Assembly: GCA_051294375.1 (NCBI GenBank)
Contig: JBJCIZ010000239.1
Location: 3,463,828-3,527,827 of the forward strand
DNA from: Paraspadella gotoi
Taxonomy: Eukaryota > Animalia > Chaetognatha
Direction of reading: 5' to 3'
DNA: 64,000 nt
Numbering within the stretch: position 1 is the first letter of the stretch; each line of letters opens with the position of its first letter. Below are positions 12,901 through 24,752 of this stretch, in pieces. The notes under the pieces are model-generated. The model was not told where the DNA came from. It worked only from the letters and a program-made list of their open reading frames with translations, and did no database searches. A program made the position numbers and the translations under genes.

Positions 12901-15652
12901 NNNNNNNNNNNNNNNNNNNNNNNNNNNNNNNNNNNNNNNNNNNNNNNNNNNNNNNNNNNNNNNNNNNNNNNNNNNNTTTTTTTAATATTTTTTTAATTTG
13001 GCAATGCTAAAGGCTTGGTTCAAAAAAGTATTATTATAGTTTCAGATAAGAGGGAAAAATGCTTTACATTAATATCGGGGCTGCGCAGAATTGCGTTAAA
13101 AATATCAAAAAACAATTTGCTGTATAAGAGCATACCCAGACAAAGGCAGGCAATAATTAATGCCGAGGAAGGGTATACCAAATATTGAAAATGTTATCAT
13201 GATGTTTTACCAATGTTTTATATATTTTTTATTGAATAAATGAATTATGTCATATACTTTTTTCCTAGATAGTACAACCGATAATTTGAAGTTTGCGCGG
13301 CTTCCGCTGCTTTCGTCCACATCTTCGTTTGCCGATACAATCGCCTTTGAAGACGAAAGCCTTGCGGATAGCGTTGCTGACCGAGTCTTTGGCGGCGAGG
13401 GCGTAGAAGGCGATGACGCCGAAGATGTCGACGAATCCGACGATTGCTGAGACCACGAGGAACCTTGCGACGATTCTGGCGAAACCTCGGACGTTGAGGA
13501 TTTCCGTTTGTCGCTCTGACTCATTTCGATTTTTCTTTACTTTATTCGTAATGGATTTTTTTTATTCTCTTGGAATTTTAAGTCCTTTTTGTATTGATAC
13601 AATTTTTAAAATTGATCCCGACTTCCCGGTGACATTTGAATATAGTATTCTACCGGTACAAGCGAAGCTATTTTCGAAAGAGAAACTTGCAAAATATTCG
13701 ACTGCGTCTTATTTCTGATAAATGATGAAAAGACATAAAAAAAACAATAAAAAGAAAAAAATTCAGGATTTTCCTAAATTACTCGACGTTTCCAAAGCGG
13801 TCGTGCAAGTTCCGTAAATCGTTTAGAGACCAATCAGCTTTCCGTATATTTTAAACCGTTAATTAACGAAACTTTTCATTTAAAAATAGAAAAGGTCTAC
13901 GTTTAAATCTATATTTTAAACTTTGTCATCCATTAACTTTCCGTTTGGACCCGAAATTTAGCGAGCGCAAGGGATGTGGTCGGTGTTATACCGTCANNNN
14001 NNNNNNTGTTCATGGCCTTCAAACTCCAGCAGGTGATAAAATCACAATGTAATAGAATCACTCGCTCCGGAGAAAAGCCGGGATTCATTATTTCTCACCA
14101 GTCAATTTTTCACTTTATTTCGTTGTATATAAATATACTTTTATCTAAACTTAACCAGTTTCAATATTTTCCCGCTGTCAATGTTTCGACTCCCACTAAA
14201 TGAAGTCTTAGTAACACCCATGACCAAGATCTTATAAAATTCCCCAATTCGCGACAACTGACGAAACCTCTGCCTTTTCTCACAATTTTATGTCTTTTCT
14301 NNNNNNNNNNNNNNNNNNNNNNNNNNNNNNNNNNNNNNNNNNNNNNNNNNNNNNNNNNNNNNNNNNNNNNNNNNNNNNNNNNNNNNNNNNNNNNNNNNNN
14401 NNNNNNNNNNNNNNNNNNNNNNNNNNNNNNNNNNNNNNNNNNNNNNNNNNNNNNNNNNNNNNNNNNNNNNNNNNNNNNNNNNNNNNNNNNNNNNNNNNNN
14501 NNNNNNNNNNNNNNNNNNNNNNNNNNNNNNNNNNNNNNNNNNNNNNNNNNNNNNNNNNNNNNNNNNNNNNNNNNNNNNNNNNNNNNNNNNNNNNNNNNNN
14601 NNNNNNNNNNNNNNNNNNNNNTCGTTAGGACTGTGGATGGAACACTACGCCTGGGATGATGCGTTCCCTCTCTGAGCCAATGGATTTGGCTGAACGAGGG
14701 TGGACGTGATGCGGTGTGAATATACCGCCACAACACTTTCTTTTTCTCATCACCTCACTGTTTCATTATCTTGCCCTCTTAACCTCGGTAAAACCGCCGC
14801 GTCCCCGATTTAAGAACCTTCACAACATCGCCCGCTCTCCTTCCCCGGGGATTTTCACGTGATAACTGGCTGCTGCTCCGTTCAGTTCTACCGACAGATC
14901 CGAGAGTTAAGAAGTACCAGCAGTGCTGGTCCAGCACGTCTCAACCTTTACATTGATTGTTAATAATTAACACCCCGCAGTTTCCGTCAACCCCGGTTTC
15001 ACATAACCTTAACCACCCTCTGTTATATCGTCTGATGACAATTTTAAATCACCCCTCAGACAACTCACAAACTCAACCTTTCCCCCGGACTTCAGATCGA
15101 GTGCTGTCAAGTCCTGATCAACGAAGGCTCCGCAGATTTCTCCATGATCAAAGAGACGGACAATCTCTTCAAGATCCTCAACCCGGGCGTCGACGTCCCG
15201 CGCGGCCGGCGGAGGGACGACCGGGACGGCGACGCCGGCCGAGCGAGGGACGCCGGCCGGGGCGAGGATCCCGGCCGGCGATTCGGGGAGCGAAACGACG
15301 GCCGGCGAGAGGCCGGCCAAGCGGTCGGGGAAGATCGGGCTGGAAAGGCGGCGGTCAGGCAAAACAGACACCATAAGAGTAGGTGAGAGAGTGAGAGAGA
15401 GTGAGAGGGGGAGAAAGAGAGAAAGAGAGAGTGAGAGAGAGAGGCCAGAGGAGATAGAGAAAGAAAAAAAAGGTTCATGTAAATACATACAGACAGAGAA
15501 GAATAGATATATGGACAATGGACAGAGACAGAATAGATAAATGTATGAATTATAGACATATATAATTATATATGTACTTTTAGCTACTATTAGCTAAATA
15601 CATATGCATAGAAAGATGAACAACATTTTATTAAAAAGTCAGACTCTCAATT

Positions 15653-15720
<68 letters not shown>

Positions 15721-16258
15721 AATATTCTCCAAAATCAAAGATCCTCCCGCGTGTCCGCGTCCGACGCCGCCTTTCCGGATCCCGTCCCCCCGGCGTCGCC
15801 GCTTCGGCGTCTAACGGCGCCGCCCGTCGATTTCCCCGTCAACCCGGCGCCGTCTCCGCGGCACCAACGACGCGACGTCTCGGGACGGCGCGGCGCCGGG
15901 ACGGAGGACGACGCCGGCGCCGAGTGGAGGGGGAAAGCAGGAAGAGGAGGAATGAAGAAGAGGTCGAGGGGTGAGTATGGGGAGAGGGGGAGGTGGGGAG
16001 GAGAGATGGAGGAAGAGGAAGAGGAGGATTATAATGAAGAAGATGAGGGAGAAAGGAAGTAGGAGGAAATTGGGCGGAGGATAAATTATTATTTTACATC
16101 AAGCTAACCCTGAAATACATGTACTTTTTTCTTTTTCTAACTTTATAGTAATCAATGACATTGATTGATTGATTTAATTATTTAATTAATTAATTAACAG
16201 GAAATTCTTCCATCGCCGACGAAGCGCGAGATCAAAACGATAATCGCCTTCCACAAGT

Positions 16259-16293
<35 letters not shown>

Positions 16294-18309
16294 TCGTCGC
16301 TCCTGGATCCAGAAGAAGATTCGAGGACAAAGCGAACAAGGATTTTCTTCTGGGTTCTGGTGAACGATTGATTGATTGATTGATTGATTGATCGAAAAAC
16401 ACTGACTAATTTTGCTGGATAATTTGACTTATATTGTAGACGCAACCATCGTATAGACGTATAAATAAAATAAATAAATAAAAGATTTGGTGTTTGTTGG
16501 TTTATGACAGTCAATTTACTAAAATCGAGTAAAATAAACGACGACGACGACGACGACGACGACGACGTCTATTAACCATAACGATGATAATAACTTTAAC
16601 GTTAACGAAAACGACTATAATTACGATAAAGCCTTTGACGACCCGTTCCAGGGATCGACTCTAACCGCGACAACTCGATGCCGAATCTCAACCGACGCCT
16701 CAACTCGGTGGTCGTCGACGGCGACGATGTCTTCAGGTTGGAAGATCGTGAAGGCTCTAGGGTCCGAATCCGAGTCCGGGGTTTGAATCTCGGTCCGGGA
16801 TTTGAATCCGGTTCCGGGCCTTGAATTCGGGTCATTGGTTCGAATCCGGGTCCAAAGTTTGAATCTCGGTCCGGGGTTTGGAATTTTGAGTCATGTGTTC
16901 GAATCCGCTTCCGGTGTTTGAATCCGGGTCATGGGTTCTAATCCGGGTCCAAGGTTCAAATCTGGGTCCGAACGTAGAGTTTTCATTTTGGAAATATTTA
17001 ATGTCAGGTCGACGGCCAACGCGTCGAGCGCCAACCACACCGGCGGCGTCTCCCTTCCCTCGAATGTGCATCTTTCTTCCAACCAGACTCGGAAAAAGAT
17101 TCACAGCAGGTCTGATTATTTTGTGAATTTCGTCAATTTTATGGCATTTATTACTGAATTTGGTGACTATCGTTCGTATCATATTTTGAGAATAAACTCC
17201 TGGGATCGAATTTTTAAGACTTTTTCTTAACTTTTGTGACATAATTTCGTGACATTTGTGACGTGCTTTTGTGACTGACTCTTGAGAGGGACTTTAATAA
17301 CATAAATTTTTGACTCACTTTTGTTACAGACCTTCGTGACTTATCAGGGGGCTTAAGTGTTTTAGTGAATTTGTAACGTATACTATCTACCTCTGGTGTT
17401 TATCATATTGTGACTTGCCTTATTTGTTACTTTGACTATGACTATAGCCACTTTTAAATGACTTAAAGAGCAAACCTTCTTTACGACGTTGCTTCGTTAG
17501 AAATTGTTTAATTGTTTAATAGTACCATTTCAAAGACAACGATTCCACCATCTCCCCCTTGAAAGGCTCTCCTCGTCAGCCAAACGCCTCCCCAAATCGA
17601 AAACGGGGAAACAGAAGTAACGATTCGTTCCTTCGACTCCGAGGAATCGGTGGGGACCCGATCACAGACAACGCGGCTGACAAAAGGTGGAGAGAGAGAG
17701 AGAGAGAGAGAGAGAGCAGAGAAGAGAGAAGACGGATCGATGCAGAGGAGAGAGAGAAAGAAAGAAAGAATAAGAAAGAAAGAGAGAGAAAATAAAAAAG
17801 ATGAAAATGATGAGAGAATATCTTGGACCCTCCCAGACTGACATTCTTCCAATCATCTCCTGACCTCACCAATTGGCCTTTACTTACCCTACCCGACCTC
17901 CCTCCAGGCCGCAGCATCAGTACCGGCGACGCAGAGTCTCGGTCCTTCGGCGGCGACTTCGCTGAGAAGAAGAATCGATCGTCGAGTGGATCGTCGGCGC
18001 CGCTGCCCAGCCCCACCTCCGCCCCATCGGCCCTTGCCCTCGGTCACGTCTCGGGTAGGGCTGGGTGAAAGAAAATGGAGAGAAATAAAAAAAAGAAAGA
18101 CACAAAAAAAAGAAGAATGGAAAGAAAGTACTTACCTTTGAACCCACCCAAATTTCTATCCAATCAGATCCTCACAATTTTCCCTCTGGCCCATTCGGCG
18201 CGTCTCTCCGTCCACCCAAGCTTTCTCCCATCGCCCCCTCTTTGCTGTCCAAGTCGGGCGCCAAGGCCGTCCAGGGATCGTTCGGCCCCACCGGGCGGGC
18301 CCACAGAGG
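9917..18309 (+). CDS. Ankyrin-repeat protein (about 5 N-terminal ANK repeats plus long disordered C-terminus; ANKRD34/ANKRD63-like architecture)
   Basis: Phase-consistent exons: 9917(or 9989)-10139 (LFRALNLGKVRTVQQILDSG), 10680-10789 (HDINCRNSEGQTPLMLAV), 11354-11525 (DVNAQDAFGRTALMYSC...DPNVRDHEGNTAVIHAV), 11960-12001 + 14007-14032 (GNASVIRILVNSVN...LFMAFKLQQ, split by a gap-flanked block), 15096-15382 (IECCQVLINEGSAD...), 15741-15970, 16201-16359, ~16651-16736, ~17008-17109, ~17580-17686, ~17908-18054, ~18169-18309. GxTPL/GRTAL/GNTA ankyrin motifs. Confidence 0.88.
10783..10982 (+). repeat. 24-bp minisatellite (CGCCAGGTGATTAAKATTGCGAAT x8) starting at an exon donor
   Basis: Eight AGGT-containing units; the first is the exon-2 donor of the ankyrin gene. 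Confidence 0.92.
12012..13524 (-). CDS. APE1/LINE-type exonuclease-endonuclease-phosphatase (EEP) ORF, interrupted by a MITE and two apparent homopolymer frameshifts, truncated at an N gap
   Basis: Reconstructed: MSQSDKRK...(Ser-rich)...NFKLSVVHLNVAGLRKRRDDLRRYL...ILSLNDA..(Asp-rich)..IPGFKLIQDN...GGVAFLV...IKLGTYYNHP...LLLGDLNANH..LGS..TNSAGRRL...PTRGVNVLDY. Motif order (hxxNV, IPGF, GGV, YNxP, GDLNA, PT, LDY) matches non-LTR retrotransposon APE domains; the SDH motif and any RT would lie past the gap. Confidence 0.85.
12732..13272. mobile_element. MITE / non-autonomous TIR DNA transposon with TA target-site duplication (Tc1/mariner-like)
   Basis: TIRs CTATCTAGGAAAAAAAGTATATGACAT (12732-12758) and reverse complement (13247-13272, one T fewer); flanking TA at 12730-31 and 13273-74; removal restores TTA TCG GTT GTA CAT CTC AAT (LSVVHLN) in the EEP ORF. 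Internal N gap 12895-12975. Confidence 0.88.
15647..15717. repeat. (TCAA)n microsatellite
   Basis: Direct inspection. Confidence 0.95.
16760..16972 (+). repeat. Degenerate ~19-bp minisatellite (GGGTCCGGGGTTYGAATCC x~11) resembling Pol III B-boxes
   Basis: Units such as GGTTCGAATCCGGGTC, GTTTGAATCCGGGTC, GGTTCTAATCCGGGTC; intronic. Confidence 0.8.
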
Positions 18310-19169
18310 TGAGCGGGGGATTTAGGTTGGCGGGCCCATAGAGGACACAACCGAGGAGATTCACTTTAATTCTTTTTTATTCTTTCTCTTCTCCCATCTT
18401 CCACTTTTTATTTCATTTTTTGTCGGATCTGCTTATCAGCAGATCCCGACTCTATAATTCACTTTTTCGGTCCGTCGGTTCGCCCCTCAATCATGTCGGG
18501 CATTAACTTATTTCATGTCAGACATCGAATTATGATAAAATTCAAGAAAAATATGTCCGTCGTCCGTCGTCCGTCCATCTGTCTGTCTGTCGTCCGTCCG
18601 TCCACTTAGCAAAAAACTCAATTGCTCGTGATTGGTAGGATGGATTGAAATGAAATTTTGTTGTGGGTAGGGAAGTGTGTGATTGACCTGGATATTGAAG
18701 TTTCGGATCGAGCGAGTGGAAATGAGTTTAAATGGAAAAAATAAAAAACCTGTTTCACTAATTGATTATGCTTCTTTTTTTCTTTTATATTAAATTTTAT
18801 TGAAAGATGTAATAATTAATCAAATAATTAAACAGCTAATTATCAATCAATTATTCAATCAATCAGTCGGTCAGTGAGGAAAGACCTAAAAACACAACAC
18901 ATTTCGGATTCAAATTAATTAATTATTAATCAAATATTATTTTAGTTTATATAGTTTGTATTAATTAATTTATTACCTTTAATTAATTTATTATTAATTA
19001 ATTATTTAAATAATTAATTAATTATTAATTATTATTCCGGAATTAATTTTTTTCTTCTCTCTCTCAGATACTCATTCTCGAGGGACGCCAAGACTCGTTG
19101 CGGCAAATTGGTCGACTATCTGCAGGTTTTGGATTCGAACTGCAAAAGACAGAAATTCCTAAAAAATGA

Positions 19170-20265
19170 ACAAGTCAAACGACAAAAGGATAAAAGACCA
19201 AAGCCAAAAAAAATACAAAAATAAAAAAAAACAAAAGACAAAAAGACGAAGAGTCGAAAACAACAAAAGACTAAAAAACAAAAGTCCAAAATACAGACTG
19301 ACAAAAACACAAAAACATGAATCTACGAAAATACAAAAGTACAAAAAGACAAAAAGTTCTAAAAACTAAAACACTAAAACACTAAAAGACAAAAAGAAAA
19401 AGACAAAAGACTAAAGTCGAAGACAATAAGTCTAAAACACTAAAACACTAAAAGACAAAAAGACAAAAAGACAAAAAGACAAAAAGTCTAAAACACTAAA
19501 ACACTAAAGACAAAAAGACAAAAAGTCTAAAACACTAAACCTAAAAGAAAAGACAAAAAGACAAAAAGTCTAAAACCACTAAAACACTAAAAGACAAAAA
19601 GACAAAAACAAAAAGACTAAAAAGTCGAAAAGACAAAAAGTCTAAAACACTAAAACACTAAAAGACAAAAAGATAAAAAGACAAAAAGACAAAAAAGTCT
19701 AAAACACTAAACATAAAACACTAAAACACTAAAAAGACAAAAAGACAAAAAGTCTAAAAACACTAAAAACACTAAAACACTAGAGACAAAAAGATAAAAA
19801 CAAAAAGACAAAGACAAAAAGACTAAAGTCGAAAAGACAAAAAGTCTAAAACACTAAAACACAAAAGACAAAAGACAAAAAGACAAAAAGACAAAAAGTC
19901 TAAAACACTAAAACACAAAACAAAAAGACAAAAAGACAAAAGTCTAAAACACTAAAAGACCAAAAAGGCAAAAGACAAAAAGACAAAAGTCTAAAACACT
20001 AAAAGACAAAAAAGACAAAAAAGACAAAAAAGACAAAAAAGACAAAAAAACAAAAAGACAAAAAGACAAAAAGACAAAAAGACTAAAAAACTAAACACTA
20101 AAACACTAAAACACTACAAGACAAAAAGACAAAAACAGACAAAAGACTAAAACGTCTAAAACACTAAAAGACAAAAAAGACAAAAGACAAAAAGACAAAA
20201 AGACAAAAAGACAAAAAGACAAAAAGACAAAAAGACAAAAAGACAAAAAGACAAAAACACTAAAA
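19170..20265. repeat. GACAAAAA/CACTAAAA 8-bp composite satellite (inverted copy)
   Basis: Mirror of 25810-27130. Confidence 0.92.
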
Positions 20266-20399
20266 GAAAAAAAACAATTTCCCCTGCAGGAAATTGCGCT
20301 CAGTTGTCCCCAGTACGCGTCTCCGGTTCAACGGCTGAACTTGTCGAAGGCTCCGCATCCCGGCATTCCGCAGTTCATGCGCCAAATGAGAAACAAGTC

Positions 20400-20526
20400 A
20401 GTTTTTTATTTATCTTTTTATTTATTTACTTATTTATTTATTTCTTTCTTTTTATTTATTTGTTTATTTATTATATTTATTTATTTACTTATTTAATTTA
20501 TTTATTTATTTATTTATTTACTTATT

Positions 20527-20570
<44 letters not shown>

Positions 20571-21012
20571 ATTGTTTATTATTTATTTAATTTATTTATT
20601 TATTTACTTATTAAATTATTTATTTATTTTTTTTTATTTATTTGTTATTTATTTATCTTATTTATTTATTATTTATTTTATTTATTTATTTATTTTTTAT
20701 TTATTTGTTTATTTATTATTTTAATTTTATTATTTTATTTATTTATTTATTATTTTTATTTATTTGTTTATTATTTATTTATTATTATTTATTTATTTAT
20801 TTATTTATTTATCTATTATTTTATTTATTTATTTATTACTTATTTTAAATTTAATTTATTTATTTATTTATTTACTTATTTAATTATTTATTTATCTAAT
20901 TTTTTTATTTACTTATTTAATTTATTTATATTTATTATTTATTTATTTATTTTATTTATCTTATTTAACTTATAATTTATTTATTTATTTATTTATTTAT
21001 TTTTTTTTTTTT
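20400..21012. repeat. (TTTA)n tract (inverted copy)
   Basis: Mirror of 25100-25672. Confidence 0.93.
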
Positions 21013-22559
21013 TTAGTTTTGAGCCGCGAGTCCTCGCGGAGCAACTCTGATAAGTCACTTTTCGGTCGGTCGTCGGTCTGTACGTCGTCCGTCGCGTTTG
21101 TTATTTATCTTTTTATTTCACACAATATTACGACTGATTTTATCGATCGATGGAATAATAACATACATACTCATTATAAATATTTTGGTCTTTTATTTTT
21201 TTTTATATAGTTTAACCGGGTCTACTTATCTTCAGGTGCTAAGATCACGAGGCGGACGTACCAAAAATATTCCAAACACCAATGGGGTAGATGGACACTA
21301 CGACGAGAACAGACACCGACGAACTAGAGACGACTTCCAGACTTACTGACGACGCTCGGCTATTAAAATCATACCACGTTGAAAATATTGGAGGAAAAAA
21401 AAAAATGACATTAGCCGCTTAGAGTTATCGTACGCCCATAGCTTAAAAAGGCGCGACGGTAGGAGGCATCTGATATCAGTTTGGTTTAGTAGCATAAATA
21501 TTGTGATCATCTGTAGCAGTTAAACCTGGAAGATTGTTAAAACTATTCCCATTGCAGAATAAACAGATAAACAATAGGACGACTTAGGTAAAGAAAACAC
21601 TCAAAAGTCGATATGACTCAGTCATGTGCAGAACGCAAGGGCTAATAGGATTTCTTATGTGGCAAGATTGCAGCTCAGTCATCGCAGAGCTTAACTCACT
21701 CTGTACGGCAAGATCTAGAATCACACCGCAGTCACGGGACTAACTCGTCGCCGGCGTCCTGGGGCTTCAATTAGACATTCTTAATCGCAGCACATATCGG
21801 TATAGAGTGACTCGCCTCAATCAAGAAATATCAGGAGTCCAAATGTCTTTGCGGGGGGTTGCTAAAAAGCTAAAGAGGATTATTGATTGGTTAGTGATCT
21901 TGAATGATCTGTAGTTACGGTTCTCTGTTTCTATATTTAGCACAGAACAGTGAGTATCGTCTGTTTCAAAAAACTAAGTCAATCAATGCGTTACTGACAA
22001 CGCATACGGCAGCCGCTGGTAGTTCTACGAGACGAATCTACGATTGCATTTGACCCTCATATTTAATAGCAATTACTACGAGATAATTCATCTTCTGCCA
22101 CCGCTTTCTTGATTCAGTAGGCAATAATTAAATGATATGACGCGCAGGCAGATGAATAATATTAGATATGAGAGACGTAGTAATTATTAAAAATTAGCTA
22201 CGAAGTGACGTCAATATTATTTCGGCTAAAAAAGAGAGAATTGGTGACAAATTTTATTTATTCTTCGTAAGGATTGTTCAATGTACTTAAATTAAAAAAC
22301 GTCGAAACGGAAGGAATACGAGGTCGAGAAGGATCGTGTTTCGCTTAGTATACAAAACGAGGAAGAGGGTCAATAAAAATAACGGAACTGACATTTTGGT
22401 ATCACGAGTGATTTTAAGTTTTCTATAGCGACACGCCGTCCGTCTTTATATCCCATTATTATAATTGGAAACGTTTTATTCGAATGTACGCACAAAAGAA
22501 AGGAAAACGTACAAGAGCAGAGAGCAGAGAAACTAAGGGCAAAGAGGTGGGGGTGTAAA

Positions 22560-22873
22560 ATTCGCCAAACAAGGCAAAAGGATCAAAAGGGGGCCGGAAA
22601 AGGGCAATAAGGCAAAAGGGCAAAATGGGCAAAAGGGCCAAGGTTTGCGCTCAGGCAAAAAGGAAGGAATGTCTTCAAAGGCAGAAAGAATTTGTCCCTT
22701 TTCATCGCGTCGTCGGCGTGGCTCGTCGGATAGAGGTTCATGTTGTGATCGAGGCGTGAAGAAATGAACTGCCGCTGTTCGTTCGAGGCTGTTGTTGTTG
22801 TTGTTGTTGTTGTTTTTCCGTGATGGAAGTAGATCGAATTGAAGGAGTAAAGCGTGGAATTTAGACGCGCGAC
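22560..22873 (-). CDS. Probable last coding exon of the ankyrin gene, inverted in the assembly
   Basis: TTTCAG|GTCGCGCG acceptor fits the phase-1 donor at 18309; follows the 35-bp minisatellite that starts at that donor; reading frame and stop uncertain because of read errors. Confidence 0.45.
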
Positions 22874-22959
22874 CTGAAACATTTGTTGATCGAACTTGAT
22901 CACTCACTGACGCGTCAATTTAATATACCGCTAACTCCATGTGGGTCGCGTTCGAGGTT

Positions 22960-23800
22960 AATGCCCGCTCACCTTTGGGGCCCGCGCCACATAAATCTTT
23001 TCTCAACTGTGTGGGGCACTGACAACAACTCACCCCACCCTCAGTGAACCCAGCCCACTTAAATCCCCCGCTCACCTCAGTGGGCCCCCCACTTAAAATC
23101 CCCGCTCATCTCTGTGAGCCCACCAACTTAAATCCCCGCACTCACCTCTGTTGGGCCCTGCCCACTTGAATCCCCCACTGTCACCTGTCTGTGGGCCTGC
23201 CTACTTAAATCTCCCACTTACCTCTTTGGGCTCGCCCAACTTAAATCCCCGCTCACCTCTGTGGGCCCACCCACTTAAATCCCTTCTCACCTATGTGGGC
23301 CTGCCAACTTAAATCCCCCGCTCACGCTCTGTGGACCCAAACAACTTAAATCCCGCTCACCTCTATGAGCACGCCCACCCTTAAATTCCCCCGCTCCTCT
23401 CTGTGGGCCCAAACACCTTAAATCCCGCTCACCTCTGGGAGCCCGCCCCACTTAAATCCCCGCTCACCTCTGTGGGCCTGACCAACTTAAATCTCCCACT
23501 TACCTCTGTGGGCCCGCCAACTTAAATCCCCACTCACCTCTGTGGGCCCACCACAACTTAAAATCGCCCTGCTCACCTATGTGGGCCCTGCCTACTTTAA
23601 ACATAACCCACTTACCTCTGTAGGGCCCGCCAACTTAAATCCCCACTCATCTCTGTGGGCCCACCCCACTTAAAGCCCCTGCTCACCTCTGTAGGCCCAA
23701 ACCCACTTAGAATCCCCCTGCCTCCCTCTTGTGGGCTTTCGCCCACACTTAAATCTCCCCGCTCACCTCTATGAGGCCCGCCAACCTAAATCCCCGCTCA
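22960..23800 (-). repeat. ~35-bp minisatellite (GGGCCCACAGAGGTGAGCGGGGGATTTAAGTTGGC, ~23 units), reverse complement of the array start at 18296-18344
   Basis: Direct unit comparison; each unit contains an AG|GTGAG-like donor. Confidence 0.92.
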
Positions 23801-23825
23801 NNNNNNNNNNNNNNNNNNNNNNNNN

Positions 23826-24135
23826 CAGAGGGATTGTTGACATATTTATATTTTATTCTTCGTAAGATTGTTCAATGTACTTAAATCTAAAATCATTCGA
23901 AACGAGAACGAATACGAGTCAGAAAGGATCGCGTTTCGCCTTAGTATAAAACGAGGAAAAGGGGTCATAAAAATAACGGAACTGAATTTTGGTATCAGAA
24001 GTGTATTAAGTTTCTCTATGCGACACTCGTTCCGTCTTATATCCATTATTATAATTGGAAAGTTTTAGTCGAATGTACGCACAAAAGAAGGAAAACGTAC
24101 GAGAGCAGAGAGCAGAGAACTAAGGGCAGAAGGTG
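23826..24135 (+). repeat. Direct duplicate of 22233-22550, next to a 25-N gap
   Basis: Shared TTCTTCGTAAG...GAATGTACGCACAAAAG...CTAAGGGCA. Confidence 0.85.
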
Positions 24136-24752
24136 AATCCTCTTCTTTTTTAGCCGAAATAATATTGACGTCATCGAGTAATATTAATAATACTAATATC
24201 ATTAATATTATTATCGTCACTAATATTAATAGATCTAATTCAAAAGACGGGGAAAAAACTTATCGAGTAATCTATTAAATGGGTAAAATCGTAGATTCGG
24301 CTGTGAAATTTAACTGTTTGATTATTTTAAAAGACGATTTCACTGGTTTTTTTTTTTTTTTTTTTTAAATAAAAAAAACAAACAAAAAACCACTCAGTTT
24401 ATTCTTTTCATCCGAATCAAAATCTTTAGCTTTTTAGACCCCCCAAAAAATTGACCCTTCATTTTTGACTTCGGAAGATTGTTCAATTGTAAACCCGGCG
24501 TATTGATTTGTTTAAATAATTCAACTGACTGATTGAATAAAATATTCTTCGCATGACTATATATTTTTTTTTTACTAGTTGTCTATTTTATTCTGTTATT
24601 CAATGGGAAAGTTTACATTTTCACAGGTTACGTAGTATAAATTTTAGGTACAAAAAATAAACGCTCTACTTTTTAAGCTATGGGCGTACGATAACTCTAA
24701 GCGGCTAAGATCTATTTTTTTTTTCTCTCAATATTTTCAACGTGTATGATTT

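Larger units (their letters stand above)
18361..22240 (+). other. Inverted duplicate of 24136-27996 (CFAP61 3' exons and flanks); probable mis-oriented gap fill
   Basis: Colinear reverse complement, including exon copies at ~19069-19126, ~20290-20396 and ~21236-21366; indel noise rises toward 22 kb. Confidence 0.85.

Noticed and set aside
14622-14950. Possible LTR fragment (CCAAT and TATA-like motifs)
   Set aside because: Starts at an N gap; no TG..CA pair, primer-binding site or second copy
22960-23800. CRISPR-like appearance of the 35-bp array
   Set aside because: Units are head-to-tail with no unique spacers; eukaryotic context, no cas genes
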